A model generated the notes under the pieces. That model made no database searches, was not told where the DNA came from, and saw nothing but the letters and a program-made list of their open reading frames with translations. The position numbers were made by a program, and so were the translations under genes. A stretch of 64,000 nt of DNA from Escherichia phage vB-Eco-KMB26: sequence record OR539218.1, one strand, 5' to 3'. Shown one piece after another: positions 1-7,486 of this stretch (positions are counted from its first letter, which is position 1; the number at the start of each line of letters is the position of its first letter).

Positions 1-136
1 TTTTAAAATCTTTAACGCGCTTACCGTTTGCCACATGCTTACGAACTATACCAAAAACACGCGGCAATTCACGGTATTCTGCGATTAAATGTTGATCAGC
101 AAGTTCAGATACTAAAGTCAAATTAATACGAGTCAT
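1..136 (-). CDS. denV: Endonuclease V (pyrimidine-dimer DNA glycosylase), N-terminal fragment; gene runs off the left edge
   Basis: Reverse-strand ATG at 134-136 behind a GGAGGG Shine-Dalgarno; reads [45 protein letters not shown], matching the T4 DenV N-terminus as I recall it. Confidence 0.8.
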   Translation of the reverse strand, partial: MTRINLTLVSELADQHLIAEYRELPRVFGIVRKHVANGKRVKDFK

Positions 137-195
137 TTTATCCCTCCAAGTAACTGTGAATATACTATCACAATTCTAGGAGAAAGTAAACAACT

Positions 196-726
<531 letters not shown>

Positions 727-1182
727 TTAAAAGAGGCTGTTCATTATTCGGTAAAGTGAAGGACCCATCACATATTGCCACTGAGTACGAGGAATAAGAG
801 CAAAAGCATCCATCTCTGGAATCATAACGCCATCTTTATTTTCAAAATAAGACTCGCAATGGCAATTTCTAAACATCTCATGCTCTACTGGAATCGTATA
901 ATAAAATAACTGTAAGTCTTTATTACTAGAATATTTAAATACACCTAGGTCTTCTAGAAGGTCTGGATTATAATTGCTAAAACCGGTCTCTTCTAAGCAT
1001 TCTCTTTTTGCAGCTTCCAGTGCATTCAAATCAGAACTTTCTACGCGGCCCTTTGGAATATCCCAGCGATGTGCCATCATTCCAGGCTTACGAGAACCAG
1101 TAACCCGACCCATAAATAAATCTTTATCTTCTGTCATAAAGATAATACCAGCTGATAGTGTTTTCATTTTAATTTCCTGCAT
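727..1182 (-). CDS. nudE: Nudix hydrolase (T4 gene e.1 / NudE-like)
   Basis: 151-aa ORF with Nudix box GRVESSDLNALEAAKRECLEETG (REx2EExG); position matches T4 e.1. A second ATG at 1165-1167 with AGGAAA SD may be the true start. Confidence 0.85.
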   Translation of the reverse strand: MQEIKMKTLSAGIIFMTEDKDLFMGRVTGSRKPGMMAHRWDIPKGRVESSDLNALEAAKRECLEETGFSNYNPDLLEDLGVFKYSSNKDLQLFYYTIPVEHEMFRNCHCESYFENKDGVMIPEMDAFALIPRTQWQYVMGPSLYRIMNSLF

Positions 1183-1652
1183 TCAGTGATAAAGTTATTT
1201 AAATTTTGAGTATATTTCTTTTCATCAAAAATCTTTTGTTGTCTGCGTAAACGCCATGGCATTTCAATGAACATACGCCATATTCCTGATAATACTGCTG
1301 CTGTAAAAATATTAACAAGTATAGTTAAAAGAACCCAATCTCCTATTCTGTCCATTGGATTTTTTATAAAAAAGTAAAATACGAACGATGATATAGGAAG
1401 ACTAATGATATACCACAGAAGAACCTTCTTATCTGTGAACCAATCAGCATTCGTTAACTTAGCGCGACCGTTTTGAATACATACGAACTTATCATCTGTT
1501 ACAGTAAATGGCTTAGCTGCTTGATATCCCATTCTAAACTCCCTAATCAACAAATTTTTCATATCTTCGGAACAACCATTCCAGTCAACTCTATCAACTG
1601 AAATGCCATCGTCCCCATCATCTAAATCATACCAGCGAGTTTTTAAAATCAT
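1164..1652 (-). CDS. Small membrane protein: N-terminal soluble domain, two predicted TM helices, basic tail ending FITECRKLK
   Basis: 162-aa ORF, ATG start overlapping the upstream stop (ATGA), hydrophobic stretches LLWYIISLPISSFVFYFFI and WVLLTILVNIFTAAVLSGIW. Confidence 0.7.
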   Translation of the reverse strand: MILKTRWYDLDDGDDGISVDRVDWNGCSEDMKNLLIREFRMGYQAAKPFTVTDDKFVCIQNGRAKLTNADWFTDKKVLLWYIISLPISSFVFYFFIKNPMDRIGDWVLLTILVNIFTAAVLSGIWRMFIEMPWRLRRQQKIFDEKKYTQNLNNFITECRKLK

Positions 1653-2011
1653 TTAATTTTCCTACAATCACTCACAAACTCTTCCATTGATTCTTTTTCA
1701 ATATAAGACATATAGCTATTATATTCCTTTAATTGTATTTTGTAATCCTTTTTTCTTTGCCAATTTATTTTAAAATTATCATAATGAAAATATAACATGG
1801 TACCAAAGAATGAAAATAATGAAATCGCTATAGTAAAACGAAGTTCACTCCAAACCTCTGTTATAATTACTGTGCCGTCGATATTTAAAATAAAACAGTC
1901 AATTAACAATCCAATAAGACTACCCGCAAGAGCTGTAAATACTGATACAGCAAGAATTAATAGTGCCTCAGGAAACGAATATTTGACTTTATTTAGTTTT
2001 GGCTTTTGCAT
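1649..2011 (-). CDS. Small two-TM membrane protein, tail ending EEFVSDCRKIK
   Basis: 120-aa ORF with ATG start; hydrophobic segments ALLILAVSVFTALAGSLIGLLI and FTIAISLFSFFGTMLYF; coupled start/stop with neighbours. Confidence 0.7.
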   Translation of the reverse strand: MQKPKLNKVKYSFPEALLILAVSVFTALAGSLIGLLIDCFILNIDGTVIITEVWSELRFTIAISLFSFFGTMLYFHYDNFKINWQRKKDYKIQLKEYNSYMSYIEKESMEEFVSDCRKIK

Positions 2012-2385
2012 CGTGATTCCTTAACAAATTTCATAATTTCATCAAATTCATACATATCTAGCTTAAGCTGGTGTTCCTTTTTAATCTTTTTACACTGAGC
2101 TTTCCAATCACGTACACGTTTACGATAATGTCTTCCTTGATACCAGTATCCTACCCAATTTACGGGTACTAATAAAAGTGGAACTATTAATGGAAGAATT
2201 AGCATTAACACAAGTATTTCGCCAGAATCAATATCAGTCATAACATCTAAAACACCTCCAATAATCAATAGAATTACAAATGATATGAGTATAACAGGAC
2301 CTATTAACACATCAGTAGAAATTATCTGACGCTTTGGTTCATACTTCACAGGTTTACTTGGAAGGTATAGTGATGGTTTTGACAT
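1993..2385 (-). CDS. Small two-TM membrane protein, tail ending MKFVKESRCKSQN
   Basis: ORF track starts at a TTG (2406); first ATG is at 2383-2385 (MSKPSLY...) with AAGGAA SD upstream; two hydrophobic helices. Confidence 0.65.
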   Translation of the reverse strand: MSKPSLYLPSKPVKYEPKRQIISTDVLIGPVILISFVILLIIGGVLDVMTDIDSGEILVLMLILPLIVPLLLVPVNWVGYWYQGRHYRKRVRDWKAQCKKIKKEHQLKLDMYEFDEIMKFVKESRCKSQN

Positions 2386-2968
2386 ATTCTCTACATTCCT
2401 TAACAAATTTTTCTAGTAATAAATCACTTTCAAAATTGGGATTTTCTACAAATTTATCAAAAAGATCATCAACAATAGTTAAGATATTCTTTTTACTAAG
2501 AATACGTTTATTTTCATGCTTCGTTTCAGAATCAACTATAAGAGTAAAGAAATATTTCTTGCCCTGAAATTTTACAGTAGTATCAATATAAAATAAATTT
2601 GACTTTTGTAAATTACGTTTAAACCATGCGTCACTTAAACTATAAACACCGAGATAATCAAAATCGTCGTTTAAATAACAAACCGTCCATTCAGGAGAAA
2701 TGAAATCAGTAAATTCAACATCAAAATCACACGTCAATGAATGAATTGATTCAATACTGTTAATGAGTATTCCAGGACGTATTAAAGACTTTTTACCTCT
2801 AGAAAATCTTCCGGAAAGGCTTTCATCAGTTTCATATGAAGACCCCCAATAGTAATTACGTCCTTCTGCCATGCGTTTAAGAGCATTTAGTAATTGGTCT
2901 GGAACATCAACCTGTCTTTGGAACTCTTCAAACATTGAATTGAAATCACTTTGCATTTTCATTTTCAT
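2354..2968 (-). CDS. Hypothetical protein (204 aa), soluble; C-terminus EKFVKECREYVKTITIPSK
   Basis: ORF with three in-frame ATGs at the N-terminus (MKMKM...); GGAG upstream; no recognisable catalytic motif. Confidence 0.65.
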   Translation of the reverse strand: MKMKMQSDFNSMFEEFQRQVDVPDQLLNALKRMAEGRNYYWGSSYETDESLSGRFSRGKKSLIRPGILINSIESIHSLTCDFDVEFTDFISPEWTVCYLNDDFDYLGVYSLSDAWFKRNLQKSNLFYIDTTVKFQGKKYFFTLIVDSETKHENKRILSKKNILTIVDDLFDKFVENPNFESDLLLEKFVKECREYVKTITIPSK

Positions 2969-2985
2969 TCCTATTTACTCCAAGT

Positions 2986-3007
2986 ATAAGGGGCCGAAGC
3001 CCCTTAT
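2986..3007 (-). terminator. GC-rich hairpin between the 197-aa and 204-aa ORFs (weak terminator or RNA-stability element)
   Basis: ataaggggc-cgaa-gcccctt at palindrome; the same hairpin sequence recurs at 42718-42735; no clear U-run on the transcribed strand. Confidence 0.3.
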
Positions 3008-3009
3008 CA

Positions 3010-3603
3010 TTATTTCAGAGAATTAATGTATTCCTGAACATCGGCAGAGGTAGTTTCAACCCCAGAAATATTACCGTTAAAGGTTTCAACTCGAGCAAGG
3101 GTATCTTCAATATCAACCTTAGTCAGTGCTGCAATTTCAACTACATCATCGGCAGTACTAATTCCAAGGGCATTTGCTGCACGAGTTTCACGGATATATT
3201 CCAATTTAACCGCAAGTTCTTGACGAGCATCATCTAACTCAACTACTTTCTTGGCGATTTCAATTCGCATTTCAGCATAACCGTCAGCCTTAGTAGTCAA
3301 CTGCTCAGCTGTTCGACGATATAGTAAACCGAGTTTAGCATGCATTGTTACATCTTGGCCTTCGGAAAGAAGTTTACGAATTTCACGCTCTTTTGATTCG
3401 GCCTGTCGATTCTTTTCGATAACAAGTTCACGAATACGTTTTTCTTCGTTAATAGATTTAACAGAAGCAGTTTTTAGATCTTTAATTTTATCAAGTAGTT
3501 TTGCTGCTGCAGCAGTATACTGTTCTTCGACAGATAGATTTTTAGCCATAGCAGAACCAAGTTTAGTGCGAATAAACTCAACAATTTTCTTCAGTGTGTT
3601 CAT
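3010..3603 (-). CDS. Coiled-coil protein with PspA/IM30 (phage-shock protein A)-like C-terminal signature
   Basis: 197-aa ORF, ATG with AAGGA SD; helical, charge-rich; C-terminal [24 protein letters not shown] resembles the PspA QAANSS..LDSGKLDEAMARFESF region as I recall it. Confidence 0.55.
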   Translation of the reverse strand: MNTLKKIVEFIRTKLGSAMAKNLSVEEQYTAAAAKLLDKIKDLKTASVKSINEEKRIRELVIEKNRQAESKEREIRKLLSEGQDVTMHAKLGLLYRRTAEQLTTKADGYAEMRIEIAKKVVELDDARQELAVKLEYIRETRAANALGISTADDVVEIAALTKVDIEDTLARVETFNGNISGVETTSADVQEYINSLK

Positions 3604-3646
3604 AGTATTTCCTTAGGTTAATTGAGATTTAAAATCCATGAGAGTA

Positions 3647-3823
3647 TTATACTCCGGATAGTTTGTAAACTATTTCAACATCGCCTTTTGCTGCTTTATA
3701 ACCTTCAGCCCAAGATACAACCGAGTTTTTATCCGAAGATTCAAATTCTGGCATTGGGCTTTCGCCAATGTTCACGCAGTATGTTTCTTCATTTTCGTCG
3801 AACCAAATAATTAAAGTAGTCAT
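3647..3823 (-). CDS. Small hypothetical protein (58 aa), below the ORF-track length cutoff
   Basis: Hand-translated: ATG at 3821-3823 with GGAGAAATAA SD; MTTLIIWFDENEETYCVNIGESPMPEFESSDKNSVVSWAEGYKAAKGDVEIVYKLSGV; fills an otherwise empty 290-bp gap. Confidence 0.45.
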   Translation of the reverse strand: MTTLIIWFDENEETYCVNIGESPMPEFESSDKNSVVSWAEGYKAAKGDVEIVYKLSGV

Positions 3824-3892
3824 TTATTTCTCCGTTTTCTGTATTTGTTTTGATAAGTCTATAATAACACCGTCCTTGGCGTTTGTACACAA

Positions 3893-4156
3893 TTATTTCA
3901 TATTATTGAAATATTCTTCTGCGATTTCATCGTTATCATGGTAAACTTTAGAAGACAGTTTAACATAACCTTCAGCAGTGAACATGTTAATCACAACCTT
4001 TACAGTATACCACTGACCATCTTCATTACCCATTACTGCATAGGTTTCAAACATCGGATGGTCAGGACCGATAACTTTAATATCATTCACTGTACGACCG
4101 AAATCTTCTGAAACACATTTCATAAAGAAGTTGAACAGTTCGCCGTAATTATCCAT
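3893..4156 (-). CDS. Hypothetical protein (~87 aa)
   Basis: ORF track start is a TTG; first ATG at 4154-4156 (MDNYGELF...) with GGAGAATGAA SD; sits directly downstream of the tandem early promoters. Confidence 0.6.
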   Translation of the reverse strand: MDNYGELFNFFMKCVSEDFGRTVNDIKVIGPDHPMFETYAVMGNEDGQWYTVKVVINMFTAEGYVKLSSKVYHDNDEIAEEYFNNMK

Positions 4157-4186
4157 TTCATTCTCCAAGTTGTTTTTGTATCAGTA

Positions 4187-4278
4187 GTTGATAGTTGTAT
4201 AGTACCATGGAAGAACAGGGATGTAAACAGTTGTTGATAGTTGTATAGTACCATGGAAGAACAGGGATGTAAACAGTT
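4187..4278 (-). promoter_or_regulatory. Tandem duplicated sigma70-type T4 early promoter (2 x ~46 bp)
   Basis: Direct repeat gttgatagttgtatagtaccatggaagaacagggatgtaaacag at 4187-4230 and 4233-4276; each copy reads on the reverse strand TTTACA-N17-TACTAT. Confidence 0.6.
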
Positions 4279-4405
4279 TTGTGAAAAAATTTTTTAAAAA
4301 GTTTTAGGGAATTCTAGGGCAGGGAGGGGCAATTAAAAGATAGGATAATATATTATAAAGGGTAGAAACTAAATGATGTCTAGAGAGGCCCGGAAAGGCC
4401 TAGAT

Positions 4406-4436
4406 ACCAAAAAGCCCCAACCTTTTGGTCGGGGCT
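4406..4436 (-). terminator. Rho-independent terminator after the IP-like gene
   Basis: Hairpin agccccaacc-tttt-ggtcggggct at 4413-4436, followed on the reverse strand by a U-run (plus-strand aaaaa at 4408-4412). Confidence 0.6.
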
Positions 4437-4443
4437 AAGAATG

Positions 4444-4917
4444 TTATTTGATTTGTTTAGCAGACCAAATGCGGTCTTTAATAATTTTTTGGATGTCTTC
4501 AACATACTCAAGAGAGTGAACATGTGGGTTATCTTTGAAACTATAAGCACGAGCTAGCTTTTGGCCTTCAGTTTTGATTACTAAAAGCTCTTTAAGGATA
4601 GCTTCATATTTGGAGATAATTCCTTTAACAATATTTTTCTCTTGTGTGACTTTAGGATCTGCTTTAGGAGCAGGTTTACCTGAAGCCTTTGCAAAAGCAG
4701 CTCCAGTAGCAACTAAACTTTTCCAAGCCATACTAACTGCATTCCCTGTAAATCCTTCGGCTTTCATATCACGAGCAAATTGGAATCGTGATTCATCGGA
4801 AGCATCTTTATAGGAATATTTACCCGCGGCAATGGCAGCTTTTGCAACAGCTTGAATTTCAGTGCTAGATGCTTCATTTAACACCGCTTCATTTAAAAAT
4901 TGAGTATATGATTTCAT
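4444..4917 (-). CDS. Internal-protein-like head protein with N-terminal capsid-targeting-like leader (MKSYTQFLNE/AVLNE)
   Basis: 157-aa ORF, ATG with AGGAAATAAG SD; N-terminus resembles the T4 IP capsid-targeting sequence MKTYQEFIAE with L-x-E motifs; TATAAATA late promoter upstream. Confidence 0.6.
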   Translation of the reverse strand: MKSYTQFLNEAVLNEASSTEIQAVAKAAIAAGKYSYKDASDESRFQFARDMKAEGFTGNAVSMAWKSLVATGAAFAKASGKPAPKADPKVTQEKNIVKGIISKYEAILKELLVIKTEGQKLARAYSFKDNPHVHSLEYVEDIQKIIKDRIWSAKQIK

Positions 4918-4953
4918 CTTATTTCCTGTTTTAATTCGGGGTTTTAATATACT

Positions 4954-4961
4954 TATTTATA
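4954..4961 (-). promoter_or_regulatory. T4 late promoter box (TATAAATA, reverse strand) upstream of the IP-like gene
   Basis: Plus-strand tatttata 37 bp upstream of the ATG at 4917. Confidence 0.5.
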
Positions 4962-4991
4962 CTAAAAAGCCCCAACCTTTCGGTCGGGGCT
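4962..4991 (-). terminator. Rho-independent terminator at the distal end of the tRNA cluster
   Basis: Hairpin agccccaacc-tttc-ggtcggggct at 4968-4991 with reverse-strand U-run (plus aaaaa 4963-4967); near-copy of the 4413-4436 hairpin. Confidence 0.6.
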
Positions 4992-5042
4992 AAGCCTTGC
5001 GGCAACCTTGTCGGGGTTCCACCTGCTAAGGCAAGTGTTTGT

Positions 5043-5134
5043 ACGAAACGCCGGGATTCGAACCCGGTTATTAAGCAGTTGACGCTACTCAATATTTTTA
5101 AAAGGCCATATCTCGACCATATCCGAACGTTCCG
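5043..5134 (-). ncRNA. tRNA-like element: canonical T-arm and 7-bp acceptor stem, but no canonical D or anticodon arm (92 nt)
   Basis: Reverse strand reads ...CCGGG-TTCGAAT-CCCGG-CGTTTCG-T at its 3' end, pairing with CGGAACG at the 5' end; AT-rich interior does not fold as a cloverleaf by eye. Confidence 0.3.
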
Positions 5135-5307
5135 TCAAAAACGCTACTCGGCTTACGGCAAAGATATTTCCTCGAATCGATAATTCGGTGCGCCGTTTCT
5201 GCTGTGATATAAGGGGACATTAACAAAACATAAAGATTTATTAATACCAGTCCTTAAACAGGGAACATCAGTCCGACGACTTGCCGGTAGCGACCCGGCT
5301 TCTTGTC

Positions 5308-5383
5308 TGGTCGAGGCAGTAGGGATCGAACCTACGACCCAGGACTTAGAAGGTCCTTGCTCTTCCTTCTGAGCTATGCCTCG
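5308..5383 (-). tRNA. tRNA-Arg (anticodon UCU)
   Basis: 76-nt cloverleaf CGAGGCA..AGGAC-CTTCTAA-GTCCT..GTAGG-TTCGATC-CCTAC-TGCCTCG-A-CCA; encoded CCA. Confidence 0.85.
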
Positions 5384-5387
5384 TATT

Positions 5388-5462
5388 TGGCGGACGTGAT
5401 AGGATTCGAACCTATAACCAATCGCTTAACAGGCGATCGCTCTGCCATTGAGCTACACATCC
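5388..5462 (-). tRNA. tRNA-Asn (anticodon GUU)
   Basis: 75-nt cloverleaf GGATGTG..GCTC/GAGC D-stem, ATCGC-CTGTTAA-GCGAT anticodon arm, ATAGG-TTCGAAT-CCTAT T-arm, CCA encoded. Confidence 0.85.
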
Positions 5463-5466
5463 AAAT

Positions 5467-5553
5467 TGGTGGGGAGTGGTGGAGTCGAACCACCCGAGTC
5501 GCAATGACAATGAATTTACAGTCCACACCGCTACCTCTACGGGATAACTCCCC
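5467..5553 (-). tRNA. Type II tRNA with long variable arm, probably tRNA-Tyr (anticodon GUA)
   Basis: 87 nt: acceptor GGGGAGT/ACTCCCC, T-arm GGTGG-TTCGACT-CCACC, CCA encoded; best anticodon arm GTGGA-CTGTAAA-TTCAT (loop as in bacterial tRNA-Tyr) but D-arm is non-canonical. Confidence 0.55.
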
Positions 5554-5562
5554 AAATTAATT

Positions 5563-5637
5563 TGGTGGCCCTGGGTGGAATTGAACCACCATCTGGCGAT
5601 TATGAGTCGCTTGCTTGAACCTTCCAGCTACAGGGCC
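5563..5637 (-). tRNA. tRNA with CAU anticodon (Ile2 by T4 synteny, Met not excluded)
   Basis: 75 nt: GGCCCTG acceptor, anticodon loop CTCATAA, T-arm GGTGG-TTCAATT-CCACC, CCA encoded. Confidence 0.75.
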
Positions 5638-5638
5638 T

Positions 5639-5714
5639 TGGTGCTGATTGACGGAATCGAACCGCCGACCTTCTCATTACAAGTGAGTTGCTCTACCTAC
5701 TGAGCTAAATCAGC
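5639..5714 (-). tRNA. tRNA-Thr (anticodon UGU)
   Basis: 76 nt: GCTGATT-TA-GCTC..GAGC, ACTCA-CTTGTAA-TGAGA, GGCGG-TTCGATT-CCGTC, AATCAGC-A-CCA. Confidence 0.88.
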
Positions 5715-5719
5715 AAAAC

Positions 5720-5809
5720 TGGCGGAGGCGATAGGATTTGAACCTATGAGTCGCCGGAGCGACTGCCGGTTTTCAAGACCGGTGCATTAAACCACTCTGC
5801 CACGCCTCC
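5720..5809 (-). tRNA. tRNA-Ser (anticodon UGA), type II
   Basis: 90 nt: GGAGGCG acceptor, CCGGT-CTTGAAA-ACCGG anticodon arm, long variable arm, ATAGG-TTCAAAT-CCTAT, CCA encoded; 2-nt spacer to tRNA-Pro. Confidence 0.88.
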
Positions 5810-5811
5810 AG

Positions 5812-5885
5812 TCTCCGTGGCAGGATTTGAACCTACGACATTCTGCTCCCAAAGCAGACGCTCTACCAAACTGAGCTACACGGAG
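5812..5885 (-). tRNA. tRNA-Pro (anticodon UGG)
   Basis: 74 nt: CTCCGTG-TA-GCTC..GAGC, TCTGC-TTTGGGA-GCAGA, GTAGG-TTCAAAT-CCTGC, CACGGAG-A; CCA not encoded. Confidence 0.88.
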
Positions 5886-5895
5886 TAAATTAAAT

Positions 5896-5969
<74 letters not shown>

Positions 5970-5974
5970 AAATT

Positions 5975-6061
5975 TGGTGCGAGAAGTGGGACTCGAACCC
6001 ACAAGGAAATCATTCCGCAGCATTTTAAGTGCTGTGCCTTTACCAATTTGGCCATTCTCGC
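5975..6061 (-). tRNA. tRNA-Leu (anticodon UAA), type II
   Basis: 87 nt: GCGAGAA acceptor, CAGCA-CTTAAAA-TGCTG, long variable arm, GTGGG-TTCGAGT-CCCAC, CCA encoded. Confidence 0.88.
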
Positions 6062-6062
6062 G

Positions 6063-6135
6063 CTGGGAATAAAGGACTCGAACCTTTGCATCCTGGAATC
6101 AAAATCCAGTGCCTTACCAACTTGGCTAATTCCCA
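6063..6135 (-). tRNA. tRNA-Gln (anticodon UUG)
   Basis: 73 nt: TGGGAAT acceptor, CTGGA-TTTTGAT-TCCAG, T-loop GGTTCGAGTCC; 1-nt spacer to tRNA-Leu. Confidence 0.88.
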
Positions 6136-6232
6136 ATTATTAACAAAGGCTCTTAAGCAAGAACCCTTGATGATAGAGGGTATTAATCAGTGCGATATGA
6201 GTTAATAATAACAAATAATTCTTAAAGCATAT

Positions 6233-6520
6233 TTACCATTTATAATAATACATATTTACGATGCATTCAAGACCCAAAGGATTCTTGAAAATATCATATT
6301 CAAGAGGACCTTTTTCTGTTTCAATAAAGAAATCAAAATTTACTGTATTAAATTTACGTTCTTCCTTCACTAATTTAACTTGAGAAGATGAACGGTCAAT
6401 GTAAACCTTTTCAACTTCAAAACATGTTAAAATGCCATAATCATCAATCAAGGCTTTAGCTGCTTCTTGATCATATTTATATCCATTTTCAATGGATGAT
6501 ACTTTCGCATAAAGAATCAT
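6233..6520 (-). CDS. Hypothetical protein (95 aa)
   Basis: ORF only; between tRNA array and internal-protein genes; no recognisable motif. Confidence 0.55.
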   Translation of the reverse strand: MILYAKVSSIENGYKYDQEAAKALIDDYGILTCFEVEKVYIDRSSSQVKLVKEERKFNTVNFDFFIETEKGPLEYDIFKNPLGLECIVNMYYYKW

Positions 6521-6522
6521 TA

Positions 6523-6921
6523 TCAGCCTTCATCAACAATAGTGTGAGTATTAGCATTTACGATTTGCCACCAATCAAAGCGATTAGAATCCATCGGTTT
6601 GTTTTCATTTTCTTTGATAATGTCACGGAGTTCATCTTCAGAGAATGCTTTAGCAATTAAATCGGTATACCCACCACGGGGATAATAATTATCACCTGCA
6701 AACAAAAGGAAATTTACCTTCCCGGAAGCAACATATGCTTCCTTAGGATACTTGTTTCCTGCGTGGTCAACCACTTCAATATAACGGTAAGGAATATCGG
6801 TTCTTTCAACCCATTGCCATGCCGCCGCAGGGGAATCGAAAGCATCTACACCTAAACGATTATCTTCATCTTTAGACGGATTATTTTCGTAATCCGCATA
6901 TACATAATATTCAACGTTCAT
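6523..6921 (-). CDS. Hypothetical protein (132 aa)
   Basis: ORF tightly packed with neighbours (2-bp gap, ATGA overlap upstream); no recognisable motif. Confidence 0.6.
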   Translation of the reverse strand: MNVEYYVYADYENNPSKDEDNRLGVDAFDSPAAAWQWVERTDIPYRYIEVVDHAGNKYPKEAYVASGKVNFLLFAGDNYYPRGGYTDLIAKAFSEDELRDIIKENENKPMDSNRFDWWQIVNANTHTIVDEG

Positions 6922-7106
6922 TATTCACCTTTAGAAATTTTATCCATAACAATAGCAATTAAACCAATTAAAAATGCTACTACAAGTGAAAAAACATTTT
7001 CTGCCGTAGTCAATAATCCGCATATAAATCCAACAAACATTGAAAAACTGAAAGCGGAAGCAGAAATTGCAATAGCAACATTTCGAATTAATTCACAACG
7101 TTTCAT
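6921..7106 (-). CDS. Small hydrophobic membrane protein (61 aa, two predicted TM segments)
   Basis: ORF MKRCELIRNVAIAISASAFSFSMFVGFICGLLTTAENVFSLVVAFLIGLIAIVMD...; early promoter immediately upstream. Confidence 0.55.
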   Translation of the reverse strand: MKRCELIRNVAIAISASAFSFSMFVGFICGLLTTAENVFSLVVAFLIGLIAIVMDKISKGE

Positions 7107-7134
7107 TTTATTCTCCTCAGTAGTAGATAGGGTA

Positions 7135-7163
7135 ATAGTATCACTACCCTATCTAAAAGTAAA
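7135..7163 (-). promoter_or_regulatory. T4 early promoter embedded in a palindrome (PeSL-like)
   Basis: Reverse strand TTTACT-N17-TACTAT (plus atagta 7135-7140, agtaaa 7158-7163); -10 sits inside inverted repeat agggta..taccct. Confidence 0.55.
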
Positions 7164-7164
7164 C

Positions 7165-7398
7165 TTATTTTTTACGAAAAATTGATTTATTTTCTGCTGC
7201 CCATTTTTCAATAACTGCAGCAGGACCAGTAACAACAATTTTATCACCGTAATCTTCTGCGGCGAGTTGACCGAAATTATCTAATGCATCACGAAGAACT
7301 CCATGAGGCATTTCACCCATTTTATCTTTCTTGCCAGTGTAAATAAACTCAACTTTTACATCAGCAGTTTCAGCAATAAATTCTTGGTAAGTTTTCAT
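7165..7398 (-). CDS. ipI: Internal protein I-like head protein with capsid-targeting sequence MKTYQEFIAE
   Basis: ORF track begins MEIKM (7410); the second ATG at 7396-7398 gives the canonical IP leader MKTYQEFIAE; position between tRNAs and 57B matches T4 ipI. Confidence 0.75.
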   Translation of the reverse strand: MKTYQEFIAETADVKVEFIYTGKKDKMGEMPHGVLRDALDNFGQLAAEDYGDKIVVTGPAAVIEKWAAENKSIFRKK

Positions 7399-7432
7399 TT
7401 TGATTTCCATTTGGTTTTGTTTTGATAGGGTA

Positions 7433-7461
7433 ATAGTATCACAACTAAAACCCTATGTAAA
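7433..7461 (-). promoter_or_regulatory. T4 early promoter (PeSL-like) upstream of ipI
   Basis: Reverse strand TTTACA-N17-TACTAT (plus atagta 7433-7438, tgtaaa 7456-7461); flanked by inverted repeat ataggg..ccctat. Confidence 0.55.
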
Positions 7462-7486
7462 CAACTTTGTGAAATTATTTTAAATC
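7454..7486. repeat. 33-bp exact direct repeat, copy 1 (spans stop codon of the IP-like gene and the -35 of the ipI promoter)
   Basis: tatgtaaacaactttgtgaaattattttaaatc, identical to 7785-7817. Confidence 0.9.

Noticed and set aside
3622-3810. 62-aa plus-strand ORF
   Set aside because: Implausible composition and no SD; the reverse strand carries a better-supported 58-codon ORF with an SD, so this is treated as antisense noise.
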